DNA of 64,000 bases from Oculina patagonica. Taxonomy: Eukaryota. Positions 39,794 to 51,100 of the stretch are shown one piece after another. Positions within the stretch are counted from its first letter, which is position 1. Each line of letters begins with the position of its first letter. The position numbers and the translations under genes are program-made. The stretch is taken from assembly GCF_052425735.1 (NCBI RefSeq), contig NC_135763.1:19654001-19718000 (forward strand). Direction: 5' to 3'. Below the pieces are notes generated by a model. That model saw only the letters and a program-made list of their open reading frames with translations. It ran no database searches and had not been told where the DNA came from.

Positions 39794-40868
39794 CTGAACA
39801 TTGTTGCAAAGAAAATGCGAACATAACTTACCTTAAGTTTGAGTGAAGTCAATTCACAAAAGTCCGAACTCTGAACTCCGTGCATTCGTCGCCAAAACGC
39901 TTGTGTTTCCCTCATTTTTTTCGGTCATTTTCGCCTTTTAATAAGGTTTGAAATTTTTATTTAATTCTTCCTCGAGTACTTTCTGGCTATTTTTGTATTT
40001 TCCGCATCTAAATATTCACTTTAATCTATTAGAAAAATATTCACTTTAAATTTAAATTAAACCGCGTAGGGCGAGTTACAAGTGACGAGTAAGTATGTAC
40101 AGCGGTACCACACAATAAAACCATCAAATAAGAGATTTACTATCCAAAGTTTTCTTTCCAGAAAACCTGACTATCCGCCGTTTTTATTTTTTTTTTCGCA
40201 CGCTACACGGAACCTGTTACGGGAGTACAGACATCAAAATATTTATTTGGACATTTGTACTCTCCTGTCTAGTAATTGGAGTACAAATATCGTAATATCG
40301 TGAGATATTCACATTCCGGTGCGTTTTTTGTTCTCTACTAAGCGAAGTTGGATCATTATAGATGTTCTTCACGGAACTACGCCGTTAGGGAAATATTGGT
40401 AGAGTTCCTTTTCCCTTTGACGGTGACCCCTCTTTCCTTACTGCTTGTGAGGTGGTTTTAAAATCTTAAAAAAGAGCCTCAAGGTAACTTTAATATCGTC
40501 ACAAATAACTTCAGAGGTCTTATGCTTTTCGAACGTTTACGAATTCTAGGTTGTTAACAGATCTTAAATGAACCTTGTTCCAAAAAAAAGTGTTTTTAAT
40601 TCTTGCCACACCTCTTTTTTTCGCGAATTATAAAATAGCGAAAATAAGTGAGAATGTTTCATTCTATAATTCCGGCAGTAGCCAGAAGAGGGGTTGTCTG
40701 TCAGGTCCTTTTTGAAAATTTTGCTCAATCTCTCCAGCTGAGCCGAACGTGACCTGCTATCTTCCGGGATCTTTTTACATCAAGTGGATAAAAAAAAAAA
40801 TAACATTATCAAGGAACATGGCGTTTATGTGCATGGTGCTTTCCGGGTTGACTGGTTTAGACGCGGAA

Positions 40869-40995
40869 TAGACTGTCCACAGCCTCTCGATTTTTCAACG
40901 CAAATATTTGCGCTGGCGTCCAGTTCTTTCGCCGTTCTCACCGCGCGCTCATCGATCGAAAAAACACGAAAAAATAGAGGGCTGTGGACAGTCTA
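40869..40995. mobile_element. AcademH-like MITE with perfect 9 bp TSD
   Basis: GACGCGGAA|TAGACTGTCCACAGCC ... GGCTGTGGACAGTCTA|GACGCGGAA. Confidence 0.85.
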
Positions 40996-42017
40996 GACGC
41001 GGAACGACTTGTGGCCAATATAATTATCAAATAGTGAAGTACAAATAACGCGTGGAACGAGTACGACTATCTCAAGATATTGTTACACCACAAGACCGAT
41101 TTAACAGGTTCCGTGTAGTACTCGCATTTCACGATCACCAAACCGCGCGAGGAGATATCGGCAAAAACGGTGGACAGTCAAAATGTCAGGAAAAAAACCG
41201 TTCGTGAATAAATGCCTTATTAGGCATTTTAATGTATAGCAACTGAGAAAATATTTTTTGTGTATAGTGTCGCTGTACATTCTTGCTCGTAATTTGTGTC
41301 TTGGCTCGCCCTTAGGGGATCGCCAAACATCTGCAAGACCCTTAAAAATATACAGCGATACTTCACTTTAAACTGTCTAATAAGATATATGTATTTTAAT
41401 AACTCACTTTTACCGTCTCAAGGTAAGCTAAGCAAGTAGCAAAATATAATTCGTTTTTGCTTGAGGCCGGCTCTTTGCATAAATATAAGAAAGTGTCAGC
41501 GGCAGTTGCCTTATAAAGAAATTCAAACCAAGAAGCCGATTTTTCGAATCTTTCCAACCAAATCTTTCTTTCTTTTTTTTTTTTTATATTTTTTATATAA
41601 ATTAGGGAAAAAAAAAAAAAAATTTTCTATCTGTTTATTCAAATGCTAAAAAAGAAAAGAACGGAGAAGGGAAAAAGAAAAATCCTTAATCGGCGTAGTG
41701 TCAAAAGCATATAGGTCATATGCTTCTGGTAGTGTAAAATGCAGACTTATTTTTAGTTTAGAGTATTTAGGTTTGTTAAGGGGAATAGTATGCAGCCTGT
41801 AGTCTTCATTTTATATGGATTGGCTTTTATTAAACATGCATGTAAGCAAGCCCATCCCCATCTGAAGCTTTTTGTCTCGGGCTGCTTGCTCCCAAAGGCG
41901 CCCTGGGGATCTGGGGACGGTTGTGCGGTTGGTGATAGACTGGGGAGAGTTTAGAGGCCAGGCTTCTCAGCAAATCAAACATGGTGGACGAGTTGCAGTG
42001 AAAAGCACATTTCTGTC

Positions 42018-42273
42018 ATGGAAGGAAAACGACGGCGACCGTATAAAGTTTGCAACTCTGATCGCTCAAAAACTACAGGGATTGTCGCTGAAAGTCTGCA
42101 AGAACTGAAAGAGAAAGCAAGTGCAAAGTTAGGCGCAGAAGCAGCGAGCTGCCGTGTGTTTCTTGACAGTGATGGAACCGAGATTGATGAAGAAGAGTAT
42201 TTTAGTTTCCTGGAAGATCAGACAAAACTTATGATTGTTCCTGATGGAGAGGAGTGGACGGCTGGTCCACAAA
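42018..42273 (+). CDS. DFFA: DFFA exon 1 (CIDE-N domain)
   Basis: ATG 42018; donor GTAAGT at 42274. Confidence 0.9.
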
Positions 42274-43380
42274 GTAAGTAAAGAGTTTGAATATAAAAAC
42301 TTTTCCCATTTTTTGGACTAATTTGTTTCTATAAAAAAAAAAAAAAAAAAAAAATCTGCACAACAATTATCTGAGTTGAGAATACGTCATGTTTGAATTT
42401 CAGTTTGTTTGCATTTCCTTCAGTGTGAGTGAAACTCTTTATGGTGCCTCAAGTTGTTCAGATCAACATTGAATCTCAGAAGAAAGGGGGAAATTCCCAA
42501 CATTTTGAAGCATGGATTTCAGCTGTGTATATTATAATAACTGTTACTGTAATACATGTACTTGTGTAAAATTCACACAAGAATGCTCGATTAGGCCTCA
42601 AATACCGACAAATAATTTGAGCTAATTCTTACAAACACCTTCGGGACCACAATTTAGTGTCTGTAATAGAGGAAGTCCACAGTTCCAAGAGTTCTTTTCA
42701 GTTATTTTTATTCGCCAGGACTTCAGCTCTAGCCTGCGTAGCAGGCGCGAGTGAGGAGGGAAAGAAGGGGGAGAAATCGATTTATTTCTTCGCATGGCCT
42801 TCTCACGATCACGCTCTCTTTAAAAGGCACTAAAATAACTACACAGGCGCCTGCTACACAAGCGCCTGCTACGCAGGCTACTTCAACTCCTGCATGTAAT
42901 AAAGGGTTGTCTGTAATGGTGAGGTGTCTGCAAGGCGAGAGTTGACTGTGCTTCCAATTTAACAAATCAACAGGTTTAAGCTACAGTCAAGGAAGAACTG
43001 GTTCTAGCAGTTTTGGTGCAAGCTTGGAGACAAATGAAAGCATGGAGTTTGATCGAACAGATGCTGGAGAAACAGCACATAACATGTCATCTGATCTCTT
43101 GATAAGAATTAAAAATGATCCTGCATTTTTTATCTCATTTTCGGATGAAAGTCTCCATGATGTGATTAACTATGAAGCAGAGCAGCTTGCCACTGCATTA
43201 GGTAGAAGTTTGACTGAAGCTCAACACAGCCAGGAGGCTTGCCAGCAAGAACTAGACAGAAGGATGCAGCTACGTGAAGCCACTCAGCTGCTTAAACTTT
43301 TTGAGAGAGCTCGGCAAAATCAAAGTTCTGAAAATGAGTTACAGTCTGGTAATAAGAGACCAAGGACTGCAGCAGAGTGA
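42018..43380 (+). CDS. DFFA: DNA fragmentation factor subunit alpha (ICAD/DFF45)-like: join(42018..42273, 42974..43380), 220 aa
   Basis: Exon 1 is a CIDE-N domain (RPYKVC..GIVAESLQELKEKA..VFLDSDGTEIDEEEYFSFLEDQTKLMIV..W); phase-1 intron A|GTAAGT..CAG. Exon 2 has a DRTD|AG caspase-type site, an ICAD-like helical region (SDESLH..EQLATAL..CQQELDRR..ATQLLKL) and C-terminal KRPR NLS. Confidence 0.85.
42730..42880. mobile_element. AcademH-like MITE in the DFFA intron, nested in an older Tc1-type MITE (~42625-42950)
   Basis: CTTCAGCTC|TAGCCTGCGTAGCAGGCG ... CGCCTGCTACGCAGGCTA|CTTCAACTC (9 bp TSD, 1 mismatch); host element ends GAGAGTTGACTG. Confidence 0.8.
42974..43380 (+). CDS. DFFA: DFFA exon 2
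   Basis: Acceptor CAACAG at 42973 is in frame with ORF 43024..43380. Confidence 0.82.
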
Positions 43381-44341
43381 GTTATTCAGATAATGTAACA
43401 GCTCAAACCAGTGTAGAAGGTTGTGAAGTAGTTGTGGAACTGACAAAAGTGGTTCGACAGTTTGTTGTTTAAGTTACCAGTATTGGTTTAAGTAAAGATA
43501 TTACCGTCGCTTGCATCTAAGCGTAAACACTCGCCGCCAAAAGACTACCGGTATGTGCAGAAATATTTTGATGACAGGATATGAAAAATAATGAACCAGA
43601 CACGACATGAAATGTCACTGGTCGAAGGTCACTTGCCATGACTATATTGAAATAAGGAAAGAAGGAAAGTTTGCGAAAACTCTAAAGGCGAAGGGAACAC
43701 TTACATGTATCCTTATGGCTTGTGTTACCAACAATAACATTGGAAACAGAAGAAAACGTTTTCTAGTTCTTAAAACAAGGTTGAATCAAAAGGCCCTTAA
43801 GGCTGCCTTGTGTCATACTACAGTGCAATAATTTTTTAAGAAAATTTTACATTTTAAAAATAAAGGATGATTCACACCAAATTCATTATTCCTCCTTCAT
43901 TCATTGAACAAATTAAAGTTGTGTTACATTGTACTGTCACATACACAACATGATATACAATATTTGTGAGCAATGTAAATCCCCAGAGTTAATCTGTGCC
44001 TTGTTTACATGAATACCCCTTTGTAAAAAGTGATAGGAATTTCTGCTTTCTAAATCTAAGAGAACTCATCAAATACAATTTCTTTCTTTTGGTTATACAA
44101 TGTACTTTAACTAATTGCCCGGGTGTATTTTGCTTTGTGTTCTACAAGGCAATTTCTCATTGAGTAATTGATTTCTGCCTGTATTTAAGAGAGGCTAGAA
44201 TCTTGTCACAAAGGCTAGGATGTTATTGCAAGAAAAAATTTTAACACTGGCGTATTTGACTGAAATCCATTCAGTAGTACAGCCTGTGCTGCCATCAATG
44301 TTTTAATCCTGTTATTTGTTGCCAACATTGATTATAACCCA

Positions 44342-44573
44342 CCAGGGCTCAGGAATTCAAAGGGTGGATAAGGCTATCCAGCGGATAAATCAATATCCAG
44401 TGGATAAGTGTTGACAAAACAAACTACGCAATCCACTGGACAGTGATTTATCCTGTGAACAGCACTATCCATCAGGGCCAGGCCCTGGTTATTTTATCAG
44501 CACTTATCCACTGGATAGCTATTTATACAGTGGATAGGGTTATCCACCCCAAGAACAATAAAATTGGGCCCAG
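44342..44573. mobile_element. Foldback MITE with GGATA/TATCC subrepeats between convergent genes
   Basis: GGGTGGATAA ... TTATCCACCC inverted ends; repeated TATCCA.TGGATA. Confidence 0.7.
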
Positions 44574-45036
44574 AATGACAAAAATTTTAATGTCTTGTTA
44601 CTTTGTATGTGAAGAAATGCAGAAAGGGAATGTGTAGAATGTGTGTTGAATGTGAAGAAATACAGAAAGTCCTCACATATCTAGACAGATGACACAAGGC
44701 AAAAAAATCGATACCACATTGCTACACCATGATAAAGACCTGATATAGGTATTTAAGAGGAACACCAGTTGCAGAAAAGTCAGTTTATTTTGCCAATAGC
44801 ACACTGAAACAAACCTTCAGCACCCCTGTATATCTCAAGAGCACGGTCTTGAACTGATCTTCTGCTCAAACAAATCCTTTTGATTCCATAATCAAACAAA
44901 TTACTTGGAAATCAGTGCTATTCTCCCTAAGTAATACAACACACGTACAGAGGCTGGGCACATACACAGGCTGATAAAAAAAATAATTCCTCAAGTCATG
45001 AACAAGTTTTACATGGTTACACTAGTTTGGTCCTAA

Positions 45037-45142
45037 TTAGTAGCCATCTGGCCCAAAATCTCTAAATTTCGGCCTTTCTCTTTCAATCTGTTCAATGTCG
45101 AATGGCTGCTTTCCATGACGAGGCCTTCTTTTGCTCTCCAAG
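45037..45142 (-). CDS. NDUFB5-like gene exon 6
   Basis: TTCCTTAAC branch site then ATCTTGTCTTCAG acceptor; ends GPDGY*. Confidence 0.8.
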
Positions 45143-48100
45143 CTGAAGACAAGATGTTAAGGAAGCAGATTATGAATGAGTTACAGTACCACTCAAATTA
45201 AGATATCCCTAAGGCCTGTTGCCTTGATTGCGCCTGTCAAAAGCAAGTTTGCAGTCTTGTCTCATTTCATGCTACATGGTAACTGCAACTTGCATGTATA
45301 GTATACTGCAAATTTATTTACACTGGCTAGTATTTTGTATCTATATGCAAATATGTGTATTCAAAACAAATAATTTATTATTTTCCAAATGTGACCATCC
45401 ACGTCAGAGGGGCAGACACTGGCTGTGGGCAACATGGTGGCCTAATGGTTATTGCACTCGCCACTGGAACAGTCCAAGTTTGAGCCCTGGCCGGGGCCAT
45501 TGTGTTGTGTTCTTGGGCAAGACACCCAGGTGTATAAATGGGTACTTCAATGCTGGGGGGTAACCCTGCAATGGACTAGCATCCCATTCAGGGGAAAGTA
45601 AAAATACTCCTTCTTGCTATAAAATGCTATTGAAAACAGGATAAACTCTGGCTGTACGAGCCACCTGGCTTGATGCAGACTGTGAGACTTATTTTAACCA
45701 TTATGAGTGTGAAAAGGATTAAAATGAAATTCTCATTAATTAAGCAACATGATCTTGGCATGAAAATAAATTGTCACCTTGAATAATGTTGTGAAAAGTC
45801 CATGCTGTAAAGTAATTTCACATTGTAAAAAGTCGCACCTTTCACTTTCAGGCTGAGAGAAATAGTGTGACACCCACTAAACCTCATGCCACTTGCTATG
45901 GATCTATCCCCAGGGCTCGACAAAAACTTGAATTCCAACTTGCCCTTCGGGCAAGCAAGTTTTGAGACTTGCTTGCCTGAGCCAATTTCCCACTTGCCCG
46001 CTTTTTAATTTAATTTTTTTACATTAAAATAAGAAATAAGCTCATTAATAATTCATAATCCTCAGATGATTAGATCTCACAAAATATTTTATGATTGCTT
46101 TACTTTCGTTTGAATGTTTTCCTACATTTACTATCCTACTGTCAATATACCGGTATATCATGTTACATAATTATTGCAGTTGTCCCCTGTTATCAAATGT
46201 ACAATGCAGGAAAAGCTAGAGGCCTAATATGCTTTATTAAATATAACCGACTTTACTGTCCAGCAAAGATGTTGTTTTTTTTTTGCTTTAAAGAAGAATG
46301 CCATCAGGAATTAAAGCTTGTCCAAAGTCGTCTTGTGCAAGGGTCTCTCGCCTTGTAAAGCGAAGCTTGCAAATTTCAAGCAATTCGTTCGCATATTTTT
46401 TTCAATTTCTTTGATTATGCAACCCTCCAAGTTAAGACCATTTTAGTCGCCATGGTGACTAAGATTTTGGAGCTGGCGACTAAATTGGAACTGAAGTCGC
46501 CAGCCTGGTGACTAAAATTGAGAAGAAGGATTGAAAGTGTGAGCCTTAAATTTAAGGACTAAAATTTTTCACTGGCGACCAATCTTGAGAAGTTGGTGGC
46601 CAAATGGCCACTGAGGAAAAAAATAAACTTGGAGGGTTGTTACGAACACTCAGAGTATCCGGTTACGCGGTTCAGTGTATAAACTTGGAACAAGATTTTC
46701 TATAGTCTTATTAAAGGTCGATTCTAATGTTGTGTACATTAAGCTGCATCTTTAACACTTTTGCAATCACAAAACCATTTTGAAGTGAATAAACCATCCA
46801 ACAATTGAAGTGACTGATTGGTTTTCTTTTTGGCATATTTTTCTCCCAAGCCAGCGTGTTGCGCAGGCCAGAATGTTTATTTTTGGCATTGGAAGACACT
46901 AAACTGGTTTCTCATCAGTGGTGGTTATTTTTAGGAGCATTTTATTTTTGATGTTTGTAAAAATGAAAAGAACTTGCATGGTTTCTTTAATTTTTGGGAG
47001 GTTCACTGAAAATTAATTTCGCTGAATGATCTAAAGCATCGGCCTAGTTGTTTACACTGCGTTTGTGCAAAATTCTCACACTGTTTATTTGTAGAAAAAA
47101 AATTGATAAGGTCAGATTTTAGTCATGTGTTAGGCAACCAGGTGATCATCTTCCCAGACTTAAAAGTATAAAATAAAACGCAAGCTCAAGCTTGTACAAT
47201 CACAGTGCAGGCCTTCGAACTGGAATGGTAACGATTTTTTAAAACGTTTTGGAAGATTTTTCTTTCAGCTTTTTTCAGAAAAGGCTCATGCTTTGACAGC
47301 TCCGACTTCAGGTTTCGGTTTTGGCAGATGCAAGATACAGTACAAAGTAACTCAAAGTAAACGTTGAACTGAAACACTTTTGTTTAGATCCAATTTTAAA
47401 GCCTTTCCGCTTATTCAAATACACGGATCCAGAGTTTCAGACTTCCGGTCCAAACACAAAGGAAAAGTGAGCACTCATTAAGTCAGACCATTGTTAAACA
47501 TCGCGAAACACAATAGCCTGACTTAATGAGTACTCACTTTTCTTTTGAATTTGGACCGGAAGTCTGAAACTCTGGATCCGTGTATTGAAGTTTTGTATTC
47601 GTATTACCTGACAGAACGGATGCGAAGAAAGTTTGCGAGTTTCTTCAGCGCAGACCGACTCAGACCAAACAACACACTAAAATTTTAGCCGTTACGGATC
47701 ACGCTTCAATGCACGTAGTAAGAAACATATTAAATTTTTAAGATGTGTAGTACGTTAGAAAAAGTCATTTCAGCGATTATGTGACTGACAAATGATTGAT
47801 ATTTTTCACAGCTTAAGCATCGCAAAACGGTTGTGTTATGCTGTCTTTAGTTCTGATTATTTGTCATTAATTATTTTAGTTGATGGAGGGTTTTGCCGGG
47901 GCGCTTGCCCGTTGGGCAAGTGACCGTGAAAAGTTACTTGCCCGGCCTCGAAAACTACTTGTCCCGGACAACCGGACGGGACTTTTGTCGAGCCCTGATC
48001 CCTGATGGTCTATTGGTTGGTTTCAATTATAATGATGTAAAATTTACATAATATTATAAAATTCATAACCAGTATAATTTATATTTACTGTAGTAGTGCA

Positions 48101-51100
48101 GTATAATTTTTTGTTAAATTTGCTAATAATGTAGGATGTACATGTACATGTATTAATTTTTACCAAAGGATACTATGCATCACACTTTTCTCTACCTCGA
48201 CGCAAATGAGCCTCTCTCCTCTGCCTTTCCAGTTCAGGATCTGGCATAAGGTACTCCATCATAAGTCTTGTTATCAATGGCTGTTTATTAAAAATGAAAA
48301 TACATAATGAACAAGAGTCCATTTATATGCATACATGTATGTGTACACACTTTAAATTAACAAGTAGTAACCCTGTGTTTCGATTAAACTGAAGTCTTTA
48401 AAGTGCCTATGAAATGAAAACCAAGTTGAACTCATACATGAAAGGCCTTTCAAAATGAAGAAAGATGGTGTTTTCCTTTTCCTGATATCTTTTTTAATTC
48501 CAGAGATATTAACAATTTTGTATTATGCAAATTAGATAACTGATGACGTCATAAGTTTGACAGTAATTGGTGTAAAAACACAAAATCAATAGTACATGTA
48601 TCTCTGTAAATACTTAAGCAAAGTAATTGAAACTTGGCACCAGTATTGTACCCTAAGAAATACACCACATGTTGCATATTTTGGTGTTGCTATGGCAACA
48701 CTCTCAGTTCCAGATCTCTTTCATGCGGATATGGCAATTGCGGGTTTCATCCATTCCAAACCTCATCTCCCATCTTTACGGTCATTTGGGCATCTAGCGC
48801 AGTGAGCACATTATGTATGTTTGGAATGACACCATTTACTTCTCCCTGTTAAGCCATAAATCGTGATATTTGATTCAAAGAGGAAAAAGACTGGAACCAA
48901 ACGTGTCATGCACATCCATGATTTTGCATAATAAGAAACAATTATCATTAGCAGCAAGCATGTAAGTTAATATCAATTTGTTTTATACTTACTAATTTTT
49001 ACTTCACACATTATTGGAACTGTGTCATGAATGTGCTTATGTGTGGGAAGTGATCATTTTTTAGTCATGCCAATTATATAATTTTTAAGTAACAGAGTCC
49101 ATGTTCTTGAATGGTACATGTAGCCTGCTTATATTGCTTTGTCCTGGCCAAAACAGCATTGTACAGCCAAAAACAAGCTTACATCTACATGCACACATAC
49201 AAACATGGACTTGATTGCTAATATGGTAAAGTACATGTAATCTTACATCTCTTGTTCCTGTTTCATCTGGTTCTTCTGTTGATGGAACATCAGGAAAAAA
49301 AAATAGACAATGAATAAGAAGCAGTTATAAAATAGCTAGGCCTGGCATTGGATCTACAGACAGGGTTGCAAATAATTTTTTTTTTCACTTGAAAGGACAT
49401 ATGTCCTGATAAGACACCATCTTGGTCGGACAAAACAAAATTGTAGTTGGACATCACCAAAACTAACTATGAATTTTATTCATTGTTGCCGTAAAATGAT
49501 TACATGTACATGTATTTTACGATCAAAAATTCAGATTTCGTTGAACATGAGCAAATTTTGGTCGGCCAATGTCCGATGACCAACACTTATTTAAAATAAT
49601 AACTGTTATTTGCATCCCTGACAGGTATTATGGAAACTCCATCATGTCATCAGTACAGTACTTAAGACATTAATTTTCTTGTGATGCACAGTGGTTTTAA
49701 AATAAACTATGTCAAAACAAGAGTTAAGTACAACAGAAAAACACCCAGTTGTACCTGTTTAGTGTTGCTAAACATATATGTACATGTAGCCCTGACAGAT
49801 TAAGGTAGTAGAACTGCTAGAAACATGTCCAATTTGAAAATTAATATCTCAAACATTAAATAATTTTTCAATGAAAATAAAAGTTACATACCGGTAGGCT
49901 TATTAAACAAGACCTGGACATTCAGGAAAATGATATACGAGGTGTCAATTTTCACACCTTAGGTGTGAATTCGCTGTTAAATCACAGGCTCATAAAATTA
50001 AAGACTGCCAATTTACGGCTTTCCTTTGAAAGATACAGAGATAATTTTAACTGGAGCCGATTTATGATAGAAACGTTTAATTACCTTGAAATACCCGGAT
50101 GTATGGTGGCATTTACTTCTGGAGATAGAGTGTTCTAGTTATTTTTATGTGTGCCTCAACTTTGAACAGCCATAATTTTGTCAAACATGTCTAGGCCACT
50201 CCGGTATTCACACACAGTTTCCTCAACATTACACAAATAAACAGTGCAAATTTCACAGAGATCTGACAATTCTACACCTTAAATTGCAAGTACCTTTCGC
50301 GACAGTCTGTTACAGCGGCGAAATTAGCAAATGTACGCAGCGAAATGTGCGTTCGACGCGCTGTTTTTTTCGAGGCCATATTGAATTCTCAGAGGTAAAC
50401 CGCTGTTCGTTGTGTTTAAGGCCGCATTGTTACGATTGCTACACGAGCAGGCACAAAAAAATACAGATTTTTCCGATTACTGTCGGAAAAAACATGGCGG
50501 CGTAAACAAATATGATACACATAGCAACTCTAATTCTTCTCTGGGCTCTGCGAGGGTCGGATATCAAGACAGCTTCTTCGTGAGCTTTAGAAGGCTTAAC
50601 AAGAGGCATAGATTTAGTCGATGCTTTTGAATTATATTTGAAGATGAAATACAAAAGAATTTTGCCGTCTTTTACCAAAATTTCGCTCGAACTGGGTAGA
50701 TACGATCACATGTTGTAAAGCCAACTCGTGTAACATTGCTGTCAACGCGGGGTCATATCAACTCGGATGGCAGAGCGCTAATCATTAACATCGCAAAATG
50801 GCGCTTATAGCAACCAACTTTCGCCTTTTTTTTCTCCGCTTCTAATCTCTTGTATTTGTGTTAACTTTATTAATATCTTTGAAAAGAGTGAGTTTTTAGG
50901 TATGGTTTATTTTTGACCTTATAGCAGTTCTAATACCTTAAAATTTAGGCATTAAGCCAGGGGTTTCAAAATGTTTTGAAGTAGGCGTCAGCAACTGGAA
51001 GAGTACATGTAAGTGGCTGTGAAAATGCCAAGCTTGTTTGTTGCGAGCTGATTGCTATGACCAGAGTAAATGGCGACGTATTTATAATCAAGTAGCTGGT

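Larger units (their letters stand above)
45911..47997. mobile_element. Non-autonomous hAT-like element with 5 bp TSD
   Basis: ATCCC|CAGGGCTCGACAAAA ... TTTTGTCGAGCCCTG|ATCCC; subterminal TTGCCC/GGGCAA repeats. Confidence 0.85.
45143..48173 (-). other. U12-type (minor spliceosome) GT-AG intron
   Basis: 5' site GTATCCTTT and branch site TTCCTTAAC followed by 13 nt to the end of the intron; both match the U12 consensus. Confidence 0.88.

Noticed and set aside
45427-45495. tRNA gene
   Set aside because: A/B boxes are present but there is no cloverleaf, and it continues into a SINE body.
48165-48175. Stop-codon readthrough at an in-frame TAG in exon 5 using the TTG|GTAAAA donor
   Set aside because: The TAG overlaps the U12 donor GTATCCTTT; splicing there removes it and gives the correct frame.
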